Shown: positions 10,842 to 22,490 of the stretch, piece by piece | How positions within the stretch are numbered: the stretch's first letter is position 1 | Layout: every line of letters starts with the position of its first letter | Source: Azolla caroliniana | Taxonomy: Eukaryota; Plantae; Polypodiophyta | Length of the DNA stretch: 64,000 nt | Assembly: GCA_043228905.1 (NCBI GenBank) | Contig: JBHGNT010000017.1 | Span: 1,984,001 to 2,048,000, forward strand | Direction: 5' to 3' | Notes under the pieces: generated by a model | Told to the model about the DNA's origin: nothing | Databases searched by the model: none | Seen by the model: only the letters and a program-made list of their open reading frames with translations | Position numbers and translations under genes: made by a program

Positions 10842-13800
10842 GTCGTTGCCTCTATTGTAACCGCCGCCTGTGGCGAAGATACCAAGCTCGAGGTCATTGC
10901 CTCGGTGCTTAACTGTTGTACATTGTGATATAGTGATAGTTTGCAGTCTGTGGGCTGCCGTGGTTTTTCCCTAGTTTGGGTTTTCCACGTTAACATCCTG
11001 TGTTCTCTTCTCTCCATTGTGTCGTGCATTCATTCCCCGTTTTTCTGTGTTTTGATTCTAAGCTCGGTTGTGGCCGAGCGTTGTTCATCGGGAGCGTGTA
11101 GTTCCTGCCAAAGTGGTATCAGAGCGAAACGACACAGAAAATGGACGATTCGTTGGGAGGCATGTTCAAGCTCACCGGCTCCAACTATTCAGTGTGGAAG
11201 TCGAAGATGAGGGACATGCTCGTGGTTAAAGATCTTTGGTTGTCGGTTCAGTTCGGGGACAAGAGACCGGACAAAATCGACGCCACGATATGGGAGGTGA
11301 TGCACATGAAGACAACGGCGTACATACGGTGCTTCATCGACATGAGCCTATACAACAACTTCAATGAAGAGAGCAAGGCTCATGAGCTCTAGGAGAAGAT
11401 CGGCATTATATTTCAGAACAAAAATGTTGTTAACCAGGTTTCGGTATTCCGGAAGCTAGTAAGACTCTGGTACCAAGATGGCTCCAGCATGGCGGAGCAC
11501 ATGAATGCCTTCCAGGGGCTGATCCACTAGGCAACATCATTGGAAGTACCTCTTTCCGATGAGGTACTAGCACTACTCCTGCTCGGTTCCCTCCCAGATA
11601 GCTAGGAGACGTTGGTTGTCACCTTGGGCAACGCCGGGCCGGAAGGGAAACAGTTATCCCTAGCAAGAGTGAAGTCGAGCTTGCTAGATGAGGAGGCGCG
11701 TCGGAAAGATAAGGATACGAGCTCCGACTCCAAAGCGCTCCTTACCGAATCGGAACGCGGAAGACAAAGGAACCATAGTCCCTAGAACCGGGAAAAGTCG
11801 AGGACACGGTCAAAGTCAAGGGGGAGGCCTACTTGCTTCTATTGCGGCAAGGCGAGTCACTTCTAGAAGAACTGTCGGCATTTCCGAAAGGACAAGGAAA
11901 CCGACGGTACCGATTCGAAGCGGACACCGGACCGGAACGGTAAAGACCGTAGGGGGCCGGACTGGAAGGGAACGACGACAATCGTGGCAAGTGAAGAAGA
12001 ATTGATGCTCATCACCGAGGAGAGTGAGCTAAACCTTGCCGGCGACGAGATGACCTGGGTGGTCGACTCCGGAGTGTCGTTCCACCTTACCCCGGACCGG
12101 AAATGCTTCTCATCCTACTTAGCCGGTGATCACGACAGTGTCCGTATGGGGAATGAAGGTACATGCCGAATTGTCGGCATAAGAGACGTGTGGCTGACAA
12201 CACCAACCGGATGCAAGATGCTGCTGAAGGATGTCCGACACGTTCCAGAGGTTCGTCTGAACCTGATATCAGCCGGTTGGCTAGATGATGAAGGCTACAC
12301 GGGTAGCATCCGGAACGGCGTTATGAAGTTCAGCAAAGGGAGCCTGATTGTGGCTCGGGCCCGGAAGTAAACACGTTGTACCTGATGAATGCCCGGTTAT
12401 GTCCGAAGGAAGTGAACGTGGCATCCGACACTGCCAATGAGCTGTGGCACAAAAGGTTGTGTCACAGGAGCGAGAAGGGGATGAAGAGGCCTGCAGATGA
12501 CAACCTCATTCCAGTGAAGAACGTGCACTTGGAGAAGTGCACTGATTGTCTGGCCAGTAAGCAAAACCGGACCTCCTTCCGACCAAGGCCACCAATGAGA
12601 CGTAATGCACCACTGGAGTTGGTGCATACTGATGTGTGTCAAGTGGGCACGAAGTCACATGCAAGATCGCAGTACTTCGTGACGTTCATAGATTACCACA
12701 ACCGAAAGCTGTGGGTCACACCGTTGAAGATGAAGGATCAGGTGCTATCCGTCTTCAAAGAGCTCCACGCGAGAGTGGAAAGAGAAGTCGGCCGGAAGCT
12801 GAAGGGGGTTCGAGCATATAACAGAGGTGAATACTGGGGGCAATTTGAGGAGTACTGTCGCTCGAAGGGAATCCGGCTCAAATTTATTGTGCCGAAGATG
12901 CCGGAACTAAACGGGTTGGCCGAGAGGATGAACCAGACCATAATAGAGAGGGTCTGGAGTATGCTGGCGCATGCAAAACTACCCAAGAAGTTTTGGGCTG
13001 AGGCACTGTCGACGGCGACATATGTGATAAACAGATCACCCTCAGTACCCTTGGACGGAGACACGCCACAGAGAGTATGGACCGGTAAGGAAGTGTCCTA
13101 CCGGCATCTGAAGGTGTTCAGGTGTCTCGCATACGTGCATGTAGCTAAGGACCAGAGAGGAAAGTTAGATCCAAAGACCCGTCCATGCATATTCCTCGGT
13201 TACAGCGACGATGAGTTCGACTACCGAGTGTGGGACCCGGTCGACAAGAAGGTATTCCAGAGTCGAGATATTATCTTCATGGAGGACAAGACGGTCGCCG
13301 ACTAGGAATCGGAGAAGAAGATAATGAACTTTGAGTCGATCGGTAAGGATCAATTCTACGATGAGCAGACCCAACCGGCAAGAAACCGGTTAGCACTCGA
13401 GGAACCAGCCGGTTACGGTGAGGATACCGAACCGGCAGAAGAAGAAGTAGAGGAAGCTGAAACCGGAACCGGCCAAGACCCCGAATCGGATTTGGATGAA
13501 GAGTGAATGGAGGGCCCGGTTACCGAAGCCCAAAGACAGAGATATCCTCACAGAGAGAGAAGGGCCCCCCGGAGATTTCCAAATGCAGAGCATGTGCTGC
13601 TAACTGATGAGGGGGAGCCAGAAAGCTTCGTAGAGGCGAAGGATGACACCCACAACCGCAAATGGTTAAGTGCCATGCAGGATGAGATGGATTCCCTGCA
13701 TGAGAACCATACGTACGAATTGGTGGAGTTGCCGAAAGCAAAGCGGGCACTCCGAAACAAGTGGGTGTACAAGTTGAAATCGGGAGATGCCGGCAACCCC

Positions 13801-15635
13801 CCGAGATACAAAGCCAGGATCGTGGTGAAGGGGTTCCAACAGAAGAAGGGCGTGGACTTCGATGAGATATTTGCCCCGGTAGTAAAGATGACCTCCATCC
13901 GGACGATGCTAAGTATAGCGGCAAGCATGGACCTCGAGGTATAGCAGCTGGACGTGAAGACGACATTCCTTCACGGTGACCTCGAAGAGGAGATCTACAT
14001 GCAGCAACTAGAAGGATTCGTGGAGAAAGGGAAGGAGCACCTGGTTTACCGGTTGAAGAAGAGCCTGTACGGACTTAAGCAGGCTCCCCGACAATGGTAC
14101 CGGAAGTTCGACTCCTTCATGACTGATCAAGGGTACCACAAGACGCAGGCCGATCACTGCATGTTTGTGAAGAAGTTCGAAGGAGGCGACTTCCTGATAC
14201 TCCTTCTGTACGTGGATGACATGTTGATCGTCGGACGAAACCAAGCCAAAATACGGATGCTGAAGAAGGCTCTAAACCGAACTTTCACAATGAAAGACTT
14301 GGGTCCGGCAAGACAGATGCTAGGGATGCATATCATCCGGGACCGGTCAACGAAGCAATTGTGGCTGTCACAGGAGAAGTACGTGACAAAGGTGCTTCAA
14401 CGGTTCAACATGTTAGAAGCGAAACCGGTCGGATCGACACTCCCGGCAAACTGCAGATTATCCGGTAAGCAAAGCCCGAAGACGAAAGCAGAGAAGGCTG
14501 ACATGATGAAGGTTCCATATGCCTCTGCCGTCGGGAGCTTAATGTACGCAATGGTGTGTACCCGACCGGATATAGGATACGTAGTCGGAGTGGTGAGCCG
14601 GTTTATGAGCAATCCCGGCAAGGAGCATTGGAACGCGGTCAAATGGATACTCCGGTACTTGAAGGGCACTTCAAATATGTATCTCCGATTCGGCTCCGGA
14701 AAATCTCAACTTGACGGTTTTACTAATTCGGACATGTCGGCCGATGTGGATACCAGCCAGTCTACATTCGGGTATGTAATGACATATGCAGGGGGAGCTG
14801 TTTCGTGGCAGTCGAGACTGCAGAAGACGGTTGCGTTGTCAACCACGGAGGCGGAGTACATGGCGGTTGTGGAAGCCGGCAAGGAAATATTATGGATGAA
14901 GGACTTCATCGGTGAGCTCGGTATCCGGCAAGATGAATATCGGCTCTATTGCGACAGTCAAAGTGCCATCCACCTTGTTAAGAATGCGGCCTACCATTCC
15001 CAGACAAAGCATATCCAGCGAAGGTATCACTGGATCCGGGAAAGAGTAGATGACCAGGAGTTCGCGTTGACGAAGATCCACACGGTCGAGAATGGGTCAG
15101 ATATGTTGACCAAAGTACTGATACCCGACAAGCTGGATGCATGCCGGAAGCGGATCGGACTAGTAAGACATCCTATGCCGAAGTGAAGGGGGAGTTTGTT
15201 AGGAAACAGGTCCCTCCGGATGGGAAGTGAGAAGACCCGGTGAGAACCGGATGACAAGTACCCGACTACGGAAGACTTGGTGAGGACCGGATGACGAGTA
15301 CCCAGCAACGGAAGACTCGGTGAGAACCGGATGACGAGTACCCGACAAGCGTCGGATGATGCAGGCCCGGTGAGGACCGGATGACGAGTACCCGACAACG
15401 GAAGACCCGATGAGAACCGGATGATGAGTACCCGGCAAGCGCCGGATGATGCAGGCCCGGTGAGGAGTGCTCACCGGATGAAGGGACATATTTGTAAATA
15501 TGTTTTCTGAGAGTCCATCAGGCTATATTTGTAAATAGCCAAAAAGTCATATTAGTATAAATATGACTTAGGGCAAACTTAGTATGTAGAGTTGTTGTCA
15601 TTCTTGTTGGTGCAAGATTGGAGTGCGTAATTGTG

Positions 15636-15671
<36 letters not shown>

Positions 15672-15940
15672 GAGGTCGTTGCCTATGTTGTAACCGCCGC
15701 CTGTGGCGAAGATAGCAAGCTCGAGGTCGTTGCCTCGGTGCTTAACTATTGTGCATTGTGATATAGTGATAATTTGTAGTCTGTGGGCTGCCGTGGTTTT
15801 TCCCTAGTTTGGGTTTTCCACGTTAACATCTTGTGTTCTCTTCTCTCCATTGTGTCGAGCATTCATTCCCCGTTTTTCTGTGTTTTGATTCTAAGCTCGG
15901 TTGTGACCGAGCGTTGTTCATCGGGAGCGTGTAGTTCTTG
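10440..15940 (+). mobile_element. Full-length Ty1/copia retrotransposon (Tnt1/Tork-like), decayed
   Basis: 5' LTR 10440-11110 (TGTTAGG...CCTGCCA), tRNA-iMet PBS TGGTATCAGAGC 11114-11125, PPT GAAGGGGGAG 15185-15194, 3' LTR 15197-15940 (last 3 nt missing). 5-bp TSD AAAAC (10435-10439 / 15941-15945). Confidence 0.93.
11141..15186 (+). pseudogene. copia gag-pol polyprotein (gag, CCHC, PR, IN, RT, RH) with multiple in-frame stops
   Basis: KLTGSNYSVW; WVVDSG; LELVHTDVC; PELNGLAERMN; YKARIVVKGFQQ; [14 protein letters not shown]; LLYVDDML; ALSTTEAEY; TKHI. Most stops are TAG/TAA, consistent with C>T transitions. Confidence 0.92.
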
Positions 15941-16498
15941 AAAACAAGAATTAGCTCCGGAATCTAGAAGTGCTAGGACATGTACTGGGGGAGTACTTTT
16001 AGTACTAACCATGAATCGGGCTAGAAACACATTGGTAACTTGCTTGGAGGGAATGGAACCACTAATGGGTTGTACAGATCTAGGGTTGTCCAACCAAACG
16101 GCTCCTATTTTGGTTGGACTCAATCGTTTAACTCTTCATCTAATTGACTAAGGATTTCAAATTTGTTTGAGATACTTGGGCTATTAGTACTATTAATACT
16201 ATCAAACACTCTATTAGTACTATTAATACTATCAGACACTCCTAAGGGAAGAATTGACTCGGGTTATTACAGGCTACAATTTGATTTACCTGTCTTCTTG
16301 GCCTATGGGGACAATTGATTGTGATAAAGACATAATCGATTTGCACGTCGTCGTTGCTTTTCTTCTTCCGATAACGGGCCGAGTCGATGCATGGTATCGA
16401 TCTCCATCGGTGTCGAAGTATTTGCTTGAGGTATGTCTCGTGCAAACGGTTTAACCCGCGACTGCGACGTAAGTGGGCTCCAGCCTAGAGCGTGGTAT

Positions 16499-17257
16499 CT
16501 ATAATTGACGTTCCGAACGTCGTTCGAAAAGGCGGTTGTCACATCGGACCGCTCGACTGATTGCCTCCGTAAGAGACTTTGGTTCTTCGGGGAAAGTTAG
16601 AAGTAGATCTTTGACATCGTTTCGCAGGCCATAGCGAAACTGCTCCATTAGTGCTTGATCATCCCAGGGTATATCTGAAGCGAGTAGGCGGAAATCCGCC
16701 GCGTAGGCAGAGGTTGGACGATCGCCTTGACGCAATCGCCGGATCTTGTTGATCGTCGTCTTGATGTTGTCGCTGTCTTCAAAGCAGGCTTTAAACTCAC
16801 TAATAAAATCTTCAAAGTTATTAAGCAAGGGCGATTGTTTTTCTAGAAACGGAGCGAACCATGCTAAGACTGAGCCGCTAAGCAACGTGCCTATTAAGCC
16901 GACTCGGGATGCATCAGTGGGGTATCGGGAAGGATGCATTTGGAGGACTAATCGTACCTGATTAAGGAATCCCCTGAATTGCGATCGCGTTCCATCAAAT
17001 TTCACAGGAAGTCCAATCTTTGGCTCTTTATGAAATCCTTGGGGACTTGATCCTTGTTGTTGCAATGCCGCTTCGAGTTGTTGCACCCGTAATGGTAACT
17101 CCCCATGTTGTTGCTGCGTTTGTTGTTTTTCTAGAGCGATTTGTTGCAGATCCCCTATTAGCCGTTGGTTTTCTTGTTCCAAGGCAACAAATTTTTCTTT
17201 TAAGCACTGTAGCTCGGAGAAAACGGATTGATATTCTTGGGCGCTAACATTAGCCAT
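16499..17257 (-). CDS. Tcn1-like gag (retrotransposon gag, PEG10/Rtl-type capsid region)
   Basis: EPKIGLPVKFDGTRSQFRGFLNQ..LLSG..AW..LRQG..YAADF..F..GL motifs; ATG about 70 nt after the LTR. Continues with a frameshift to PMEID..RRANRLCLY. Confidence 0.85.
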   Translation of the reverse strand: MANVSAQEYQSVFSELQCLKEKFVALEQENQRLIGDLQQIALEKQQTQQQHGELPLRVQQLEAALQQQGSSPQGFHKEPKIGLPVKFDGTRSQFRGFLNQVRLVLQMHPSRYPTDASRVGLIGTLLSGSVLAWFAPFLEKQSPLLNNFEDFISEFKACFEDSDNIKTTINKIRRLRQGDRPTSAYAADFRLLASDIPWDDQALMEQFRYGLRNDVKDLLLTFPEEPKSLTEAISRAVRCDNRLFERRSERQL

Positions 17258-17326
17258 AGTATAGGGAAAAGGGTAGGAGGATGAGGGAGAATGACAAGTA
17301 GGTTGGAGGAAGAAATTGGTTCAAAC

Positions 17327-17769
17327 TGTCAGGAATAGTACTAAGCAGAGATGGAACTAGTACTAAAGAAGAGCAGTACTATTAGTACTAAGAGGACGGG
17401 ACTACGTAAGACTCCCAAGAGAGAGAAAGAGAGAAGCGAAAAGAGAGATAGTGAGGATGAGAGAGAGAGAGAGATGATGATAACATCCAATATATTATGT
17501 GAAGGATAAGTACAAAATGGCTAAGAGGCTTAAGACTGGCGTTGAACCAATTTGGTTCAACATAATGCCTAGTGCCCTCTTTTATAGTGTTCTCAGGAAT
17601 AATCCTGAAGCTTCTAGAATGTTCCAGAGAGATCTGGAATATACATCAATTTTCTATGATAAAGCATAAATGAAAATAATATCCTACGTATTACAATTCA
17701 TAGTCTAATGGTAAGAGCTCGACCCATGTAGCATAAGGTCATGGGTTCGAGTCTTGCCATATCATGACC
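17327..17769 (-). repeat. 5' LTR of the Tcn1-like element
   Basis: Plus-strand termini TGTCAGGA...TCATGAC(C), with the right terminus imperfect. Minus-strand TATAAAA at 17580-17586; lies directly upstream of gag. Confidence 0.7.
17606..17625. promoter_or_regulatory. Perfect four-unit heat-shock element in LTR U3
   Basis: tGAAgcTTCtaGAAtgTTCc matches nGAAnnTTCnnGAAnnTTCn, about 20-40 nt upstream of the minus-strand TATA box. Confidence 0.65.
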
Positions 17770-19921
17770 ACGGGCAACCGACACCTCCCGTCCTGAATCC
17801 ACCGATTCAGCACAGCCGAGCCACTCAGCTTCCAACCATCCGACACCTATACCCGGTGCGACCAATCCAGTCATACCTTGAAGTTCCGATAGACTGCCGC
17901 AACCTCTAGAAAGGTACTCTTATGAAGAAGCATCGGCATCTGCCGACTCAGCCACCTGGCATTTGGCGATGGAGTCGGAATTGCACTCCATTCGTGCAAA
18001 AGACTTGGGACTTAGTCAAATTACCGAAGAATCGACGTGTTCTTCCGTGTAAGTGGGTCTATCGACTAAAAGAGACGTCCGACTCGACCAACCCAAAGTA
18101 CAAGGCCAGATTAGTTGCGAAGGGATTTCGACAAGAACATGGCATCAACTTCGATGAAATCTTTTCACCAGTGGTGAAAATGACAACCCTTTGTTTCGTG
18201 CTCGACGTCGTGACCACCGACAACTTGGAGCTGATTCAACTAGATGTAAAAATGACATTCCTCCACGGTGACCTACAGGAGGAAATCTATATGGAGCAGC
18301 CGAAAGGCTTTGTGCCATCCAGCGAGGAACATCTAGTCTGCCGACTTAGGAAGAGTTTATACGGCCTGAAACAGGCACCCCGACAGTGGTACAAGAAGTT
18401 CGACGACTTCATCCAGTCGGTCGGCTTCTCCAAGAGTGATGAGGACCACTATCTCTTCACCAAAACAGCTCAAGACGGGTCTCCCGTCTTCCTCATCATT
18501 TACGTGGAAGACATGCTACTCTCCGGCCGACATGCCGGAGAGCTCACCGAACTCGTTTGGAAACTGCGGTTGAAGTTTGCCATGAAGGACCTCGGTCCGG
18601 CAAGACACATACTTGGTATGAAGATTAGTCGGCATCGCGATAAACGACAACTTTTCTTATCTCAAACCGACTACATCGAACGTGTCTTGGAACGCTTCAA
18701 CATGCACTCGACCAGGTCTACTTCGACCCCACTCCCCATTAACCTTCGACTGTCTCAACGAGACTGTCCGACATCTGGTTCGGAGGGGGAAGATATGAAA
18801 TCAGTACTGTATGCACCGACAGTCAGCTCCCTTATGTATGTGATGGTCGCGACACGACTTGATATTTCTCACGTCGTAGGAGTCGTCAACAGATTCATGC
18901 ACAATCCAGGCCAATCGCATTGGGACGCAGTCAAGCATGTTTTCAGATATCTAACTGGCACAAAAGACCACGACATTCTTTTTGGCCCGAACTCAACCTA
19001 AGGCGGAGTCGATTAGACCGACTTGGAGTTCGCCGGCTGTGTGGACAATCAGAAATCAACAACCGAATACTGTTTCAAATTCGGCAATGGAGCAATCTCG
19101 TGGAAGTCGAAACTTGAGGAGTGCACAACCACCTCAACGACCGAAGCGGAATATGTAGTTGCGTCCGACGCGGCAAAAGAAGCTTTATGGCTCGGTCGGC
19201 TGGTGCACACGTTTCGACAAGTCAACTTCGATTCGGCTCCAGTTGTCTACAACAACAGTCAGGGTGTTGTTGCTTTGTCAAAAAATCTGGTTCACCACAA
19301 TGCCTCCAAGCATATCGACGTTCGATATCACTTTGTTCGGGACTGCGTCATTTCAGGGAAAATCGGTCTCGAGAAGATATCCACAACCAATGATGTCGCA
19401 GATGGAATGACCAAGTGTCTTTCGGCGGATCGCTTTCGGTCCTTTCGGCACCAAATGGGCGCAACGAAAAATCGGTCTGGTTAAAGTTGGACACACAGCA
19501 CATGATGGTTTCGGACAACTAACATCGGCTCTTTGAGGATTGGCTTCAGCTCTTCCAACCCGACTGGTTCAGTCTTCTGTCTTCAGATCTTGCCGACTCG
19601 AACAAAACTGATATGTCCGATAAACCTTTTATATACCTGTAATTTCAGATAACCCATGTATACGCCCATTACGAGGTAGTGTTGAATACGAGTGTATAAT
19701 GGCCATATTCACATTGTTCCTTTGCACATCCCAAGTTTGGGCTATTTTTGTAAATAGCATAAAGGGCAGTTGCCCTAGGATAGTCATTATATAAAGTGAC
19801 TTTGTAACCTTTAGTGAAGGTGGTGGTCATTTGTAACTGTTGCTATTAAGAAATAAAGCGTTTCTTTGTGCCTATCTCTCTCTCTGTATTTTATTCATTC
19901 TCATACACAGGTCCTTCAACA
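17770..19921 (+). mobile_element. 3' half of an older Ty1/copia element (RT-RH and 3' LTR), apparent host of the Tcn1-like element
   Basis: ORF 17922-19001 ([29 protein letters not shown]) and ORF 19023-19484 (STTEAEY..SKHIDVRYHF). LTR 19680-19921 has TGTTGAA...TTCAACA termini. Confidence 0.85.
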
Positions 19922-20188
19922 TTACAGATGTTGTTTGTTCTTTTGCACTGACGACCCTTTCCCCAACACATAGCGCATATGTAAGAAGTCTCAGCCAATT
20001 TGTGACTCGTCTATCGCATGCTCGTATTATCGTTTTGTTGACAATCGGCTCGTGCCCTCGTTCGACCTTCCCGTTCGCCAAATCACATCCTAATCGTAAG
20101 GGAGAGCTTGGCCCCTAGTCGGTCGAATAGTTCATTGGCTTCTTGTGCATCAAGCTCCCCTTGGCTACGATCTTCCACACGCACCCGT
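19922..20188 (-). pseudogene. Integrase fragment of an old, decayed TGTCGT-clade gypsy element (continues at 40244-41860)
   Basis: ANGKVERGHEPIV..WLRLLTYAL. Joining across the nested insertions restores EDVNCWYGCVWKIVA (compare EDVICRYGCVGKIVA at about 7815-7860). Confidence 0.75.
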
Positions 20189-20270
20189 TGTCGTGAAAAT
20201 CCGTCACTATGTGTAGGTCGTGAGACGGAACTGTCGGGGTTCTGGACTAGAAGAATTTAGTGCAACACGT

Positions 20271-20980
20271 TGTCGTGGAGAAAACCGTCCCTATGCGGAA
20301 TTGGAGAATATTGGGAGAATCGGCGGTGTGCACCATGTGCACTTACCCTTGTAAAAACGTGTGAATAATAGGAGTCAAGTCGGGACGGAGAATCCCATGT
20401 GAGTTGGGATTTATCCCACATTGTAATGCATCCCTCTCCTTGTTCTATAAAAGGAAGGGAGCGCCCTTTGTGAAAGGGGTTGCCCATTTTGTGTTAGAGG
20501 GTATACAGTTAGATTAGGGTTAGCGGTTTTAACTTGGAGGTTCTCTTCTTCTTCTTCCTCGTCGTGACGGTTGAGTGTTCGTTTTGTTTAGGTTTTGCTT
20601 CTGCTCTGTCTCCTGTGCAAGACCCCACTCAGTGCGACAAGCCCGTGAGCTCCCCGATCGGCGGCTTGGCAGCAGACTGCTGCTGTAACTTTCCTTGGTT
20701 CGGCCCGAAGCCGGGGTTGTATTCTTTCCCTTGTAATATACATGCTCATACCTGTTTGTGCGTAATGGTGTCTCTGTTGGTGTCGGGTGCATAACCCCCT
20801 CCTTTGTTTTGTTGTACATAAGAGTCGGTGTCGCATGCTCTCCCTCTCCTTTCTCTCTCTCTCGTTTTCAGCTGCATCCGGGTCGTGCCCGGTGTCAGTT
20901 TTCTTGGCATTCCTTCTCTCCCTCGTCCGAGACCCCCGTGGTCCCGCCCCTTTCACACGCACGCGCGTAACAACGCGACA
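20271..20980 (+). mobile_element. Solo LTR (TGTCGT clade)
   Basis: TGTCGTG...ACGCGACA with TSD ACGT. The empty site with a single ACGT is visible in the sister LTR at 38099-38102. Confidence 0.93.
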
Positions 20981-21639
20981 ACGTACAACACAAGCAAGTT
21001 TTAAGCATAAGACAAGTGGGAGAGACAAATCATTAGTTTATTGCAAAAGAAAATCGATTCTTTATAATTTCACAATCGTGTTAGAATGGGTTGGGTATGG
21101 AAATGAGAGATTAATTTTTCAAAGAAAGGAGCCAACAACCATGCAAGGAGTGGTCCGATATGAATACGAGAGATAATTTTTGACAAGAAAGATCCAGTAA
21201 ACAAAGCTAGGAGTTTGATATCAATATGTGAGATAATTTGTTTCTCTAATCCAAGAGGGAAGAAGGAAGAAAAAAAAAACTAGTGGGAAAAAGTGGGACA
21301 TATATCAAGCTCTTTGTTGATCCTCCTCCCCAATGTTACTTTGCATGCCCACTTTTAGTTGCATGGCCTCTATTTTTAGTTGCATGGCCTCTACTTTTAG
21401 TTGCATGCTTCCATTTTTAGATGCATGCCTTTTACTTTTAGTTGCATGGCCTTGGCTTTTGGTTGCATGCGACTGTTCATATAATTCGGCCAAATGACAC
21501 AATCATCCATAAAGTTTAGCCCGTGTGCAATCTGTAGATGCGTCTGCGCGCAATGTACCCCTCCACGCGCGCGCGCGTCCTGACCGCGTCGTGTACGCAT
21601 AACTTGATACTTATTATCCAATTCATGCGTAGTAAAATA

Positions 21640-22085
21640 CAAGTCGAGTTCCATCTAACTCCACTAAAAAATAGGTTGCATTGCTTTCTATTTTCTTGAC
21701 CATATACGGGCCAAACCATCGTTTTGCGAACTTTCGAGCAATGCTATATTGATTATCGAGACTACTATCATAGACAAGAACCCAATCTCCTTCTTCAATT
21801 TTTCTTTGTCGAAGACGATGCTTTCTATCAAAATTCTCCTTGTTCTTCAATCGAGCTTGGCGCAACCGTTCTATTGCCAACTCGACATCTTCGGGCCTTC
21901 GTTCTAATTGTTGAATCCTTGTGGCTAGCAAGTCTTCCCGACTCATTTCCTATTGCCATGGCAAAGATGTCCATGAAGCAACACTTTGCTCAATAGGCAT
22001 TATTGGTTTTTGTCCTAATATGAGTTCGGTGGGCATATATCCCGTAGTCATGTTATCTGTAGTTCTATCTGCCTACAATGCATAA
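21640..22085 (-). pseudogene. Integrase C-terminal part of element 20189-40243
   Basis: LLATRIQQLERRPED..EGDWVLVYDSSLD..KRWFGPY..LDGTRL, homologous to 8251-8520. Confidence 0.85.
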
Positions 22086-22490
22086 GGTAGTGTTGAGATA
22101 TCAAGCTCAACTAGTTTAATCTAGTTAGACAACACATGTAACTTAGTAGTTACCTAGATCGAATCTAGTTAACGTGTTGACCCTAAGCCTTTAAATAGGA
22201 CCTTGTACTTAAGTGGGATATTCTAGATCCTCCACTCCTTAGTACATTTAATGTAGGACTTACACATAAGTACCTATGTTCTACCCACACATGTGGACCT
22301 TTGCACATGGGTTGTATATATACCTCATTGTGGGTATTTTTGTATGTTGATGACACTTTTCAATATAGTCAATCATCCCCCATTTATCTTCGTGTTCATA
22401 AGTGTAACTTCCTCTCTCTCTCTCTCTCTCTCTCTCTTCCTCTCACACACTCTCATGTGCATATCATACTAATCTTCCGCTACTTAACGT

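Larger units (their letters stand above)
2767..17769 (-). mobile_element. Tcn1/Tf1-like (chromovirus-branch) Ty3/gypsy retrotransposon, degenerate, interrupted by three younger insertions; its 3' end lies left of the window
   Basis: Minus-strand order is LTR (17327-~17769), gag (16499-17257), protease LLDSGANSCF|MD split by a copia insertion, RT ([17 protein letters not shown]), RNase H (EADA..AVINYEIHDKELLAI-type) and integrase zinc finger (GHF..WWPHM..C..C). Confidence 0.85.

Noticed and set aside
16181-16242. 31-bp tandem duplication between gag and protease of the Tcn1-like element
   Set aside because: An ordinary local slippage duplication with no evidence of function.
17695-17765. Functional tRNA gene
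   Set aside because: A and B boxes are present, but acceptor and anticodon stems do not pair; reported only as a tRNA-like cassette.
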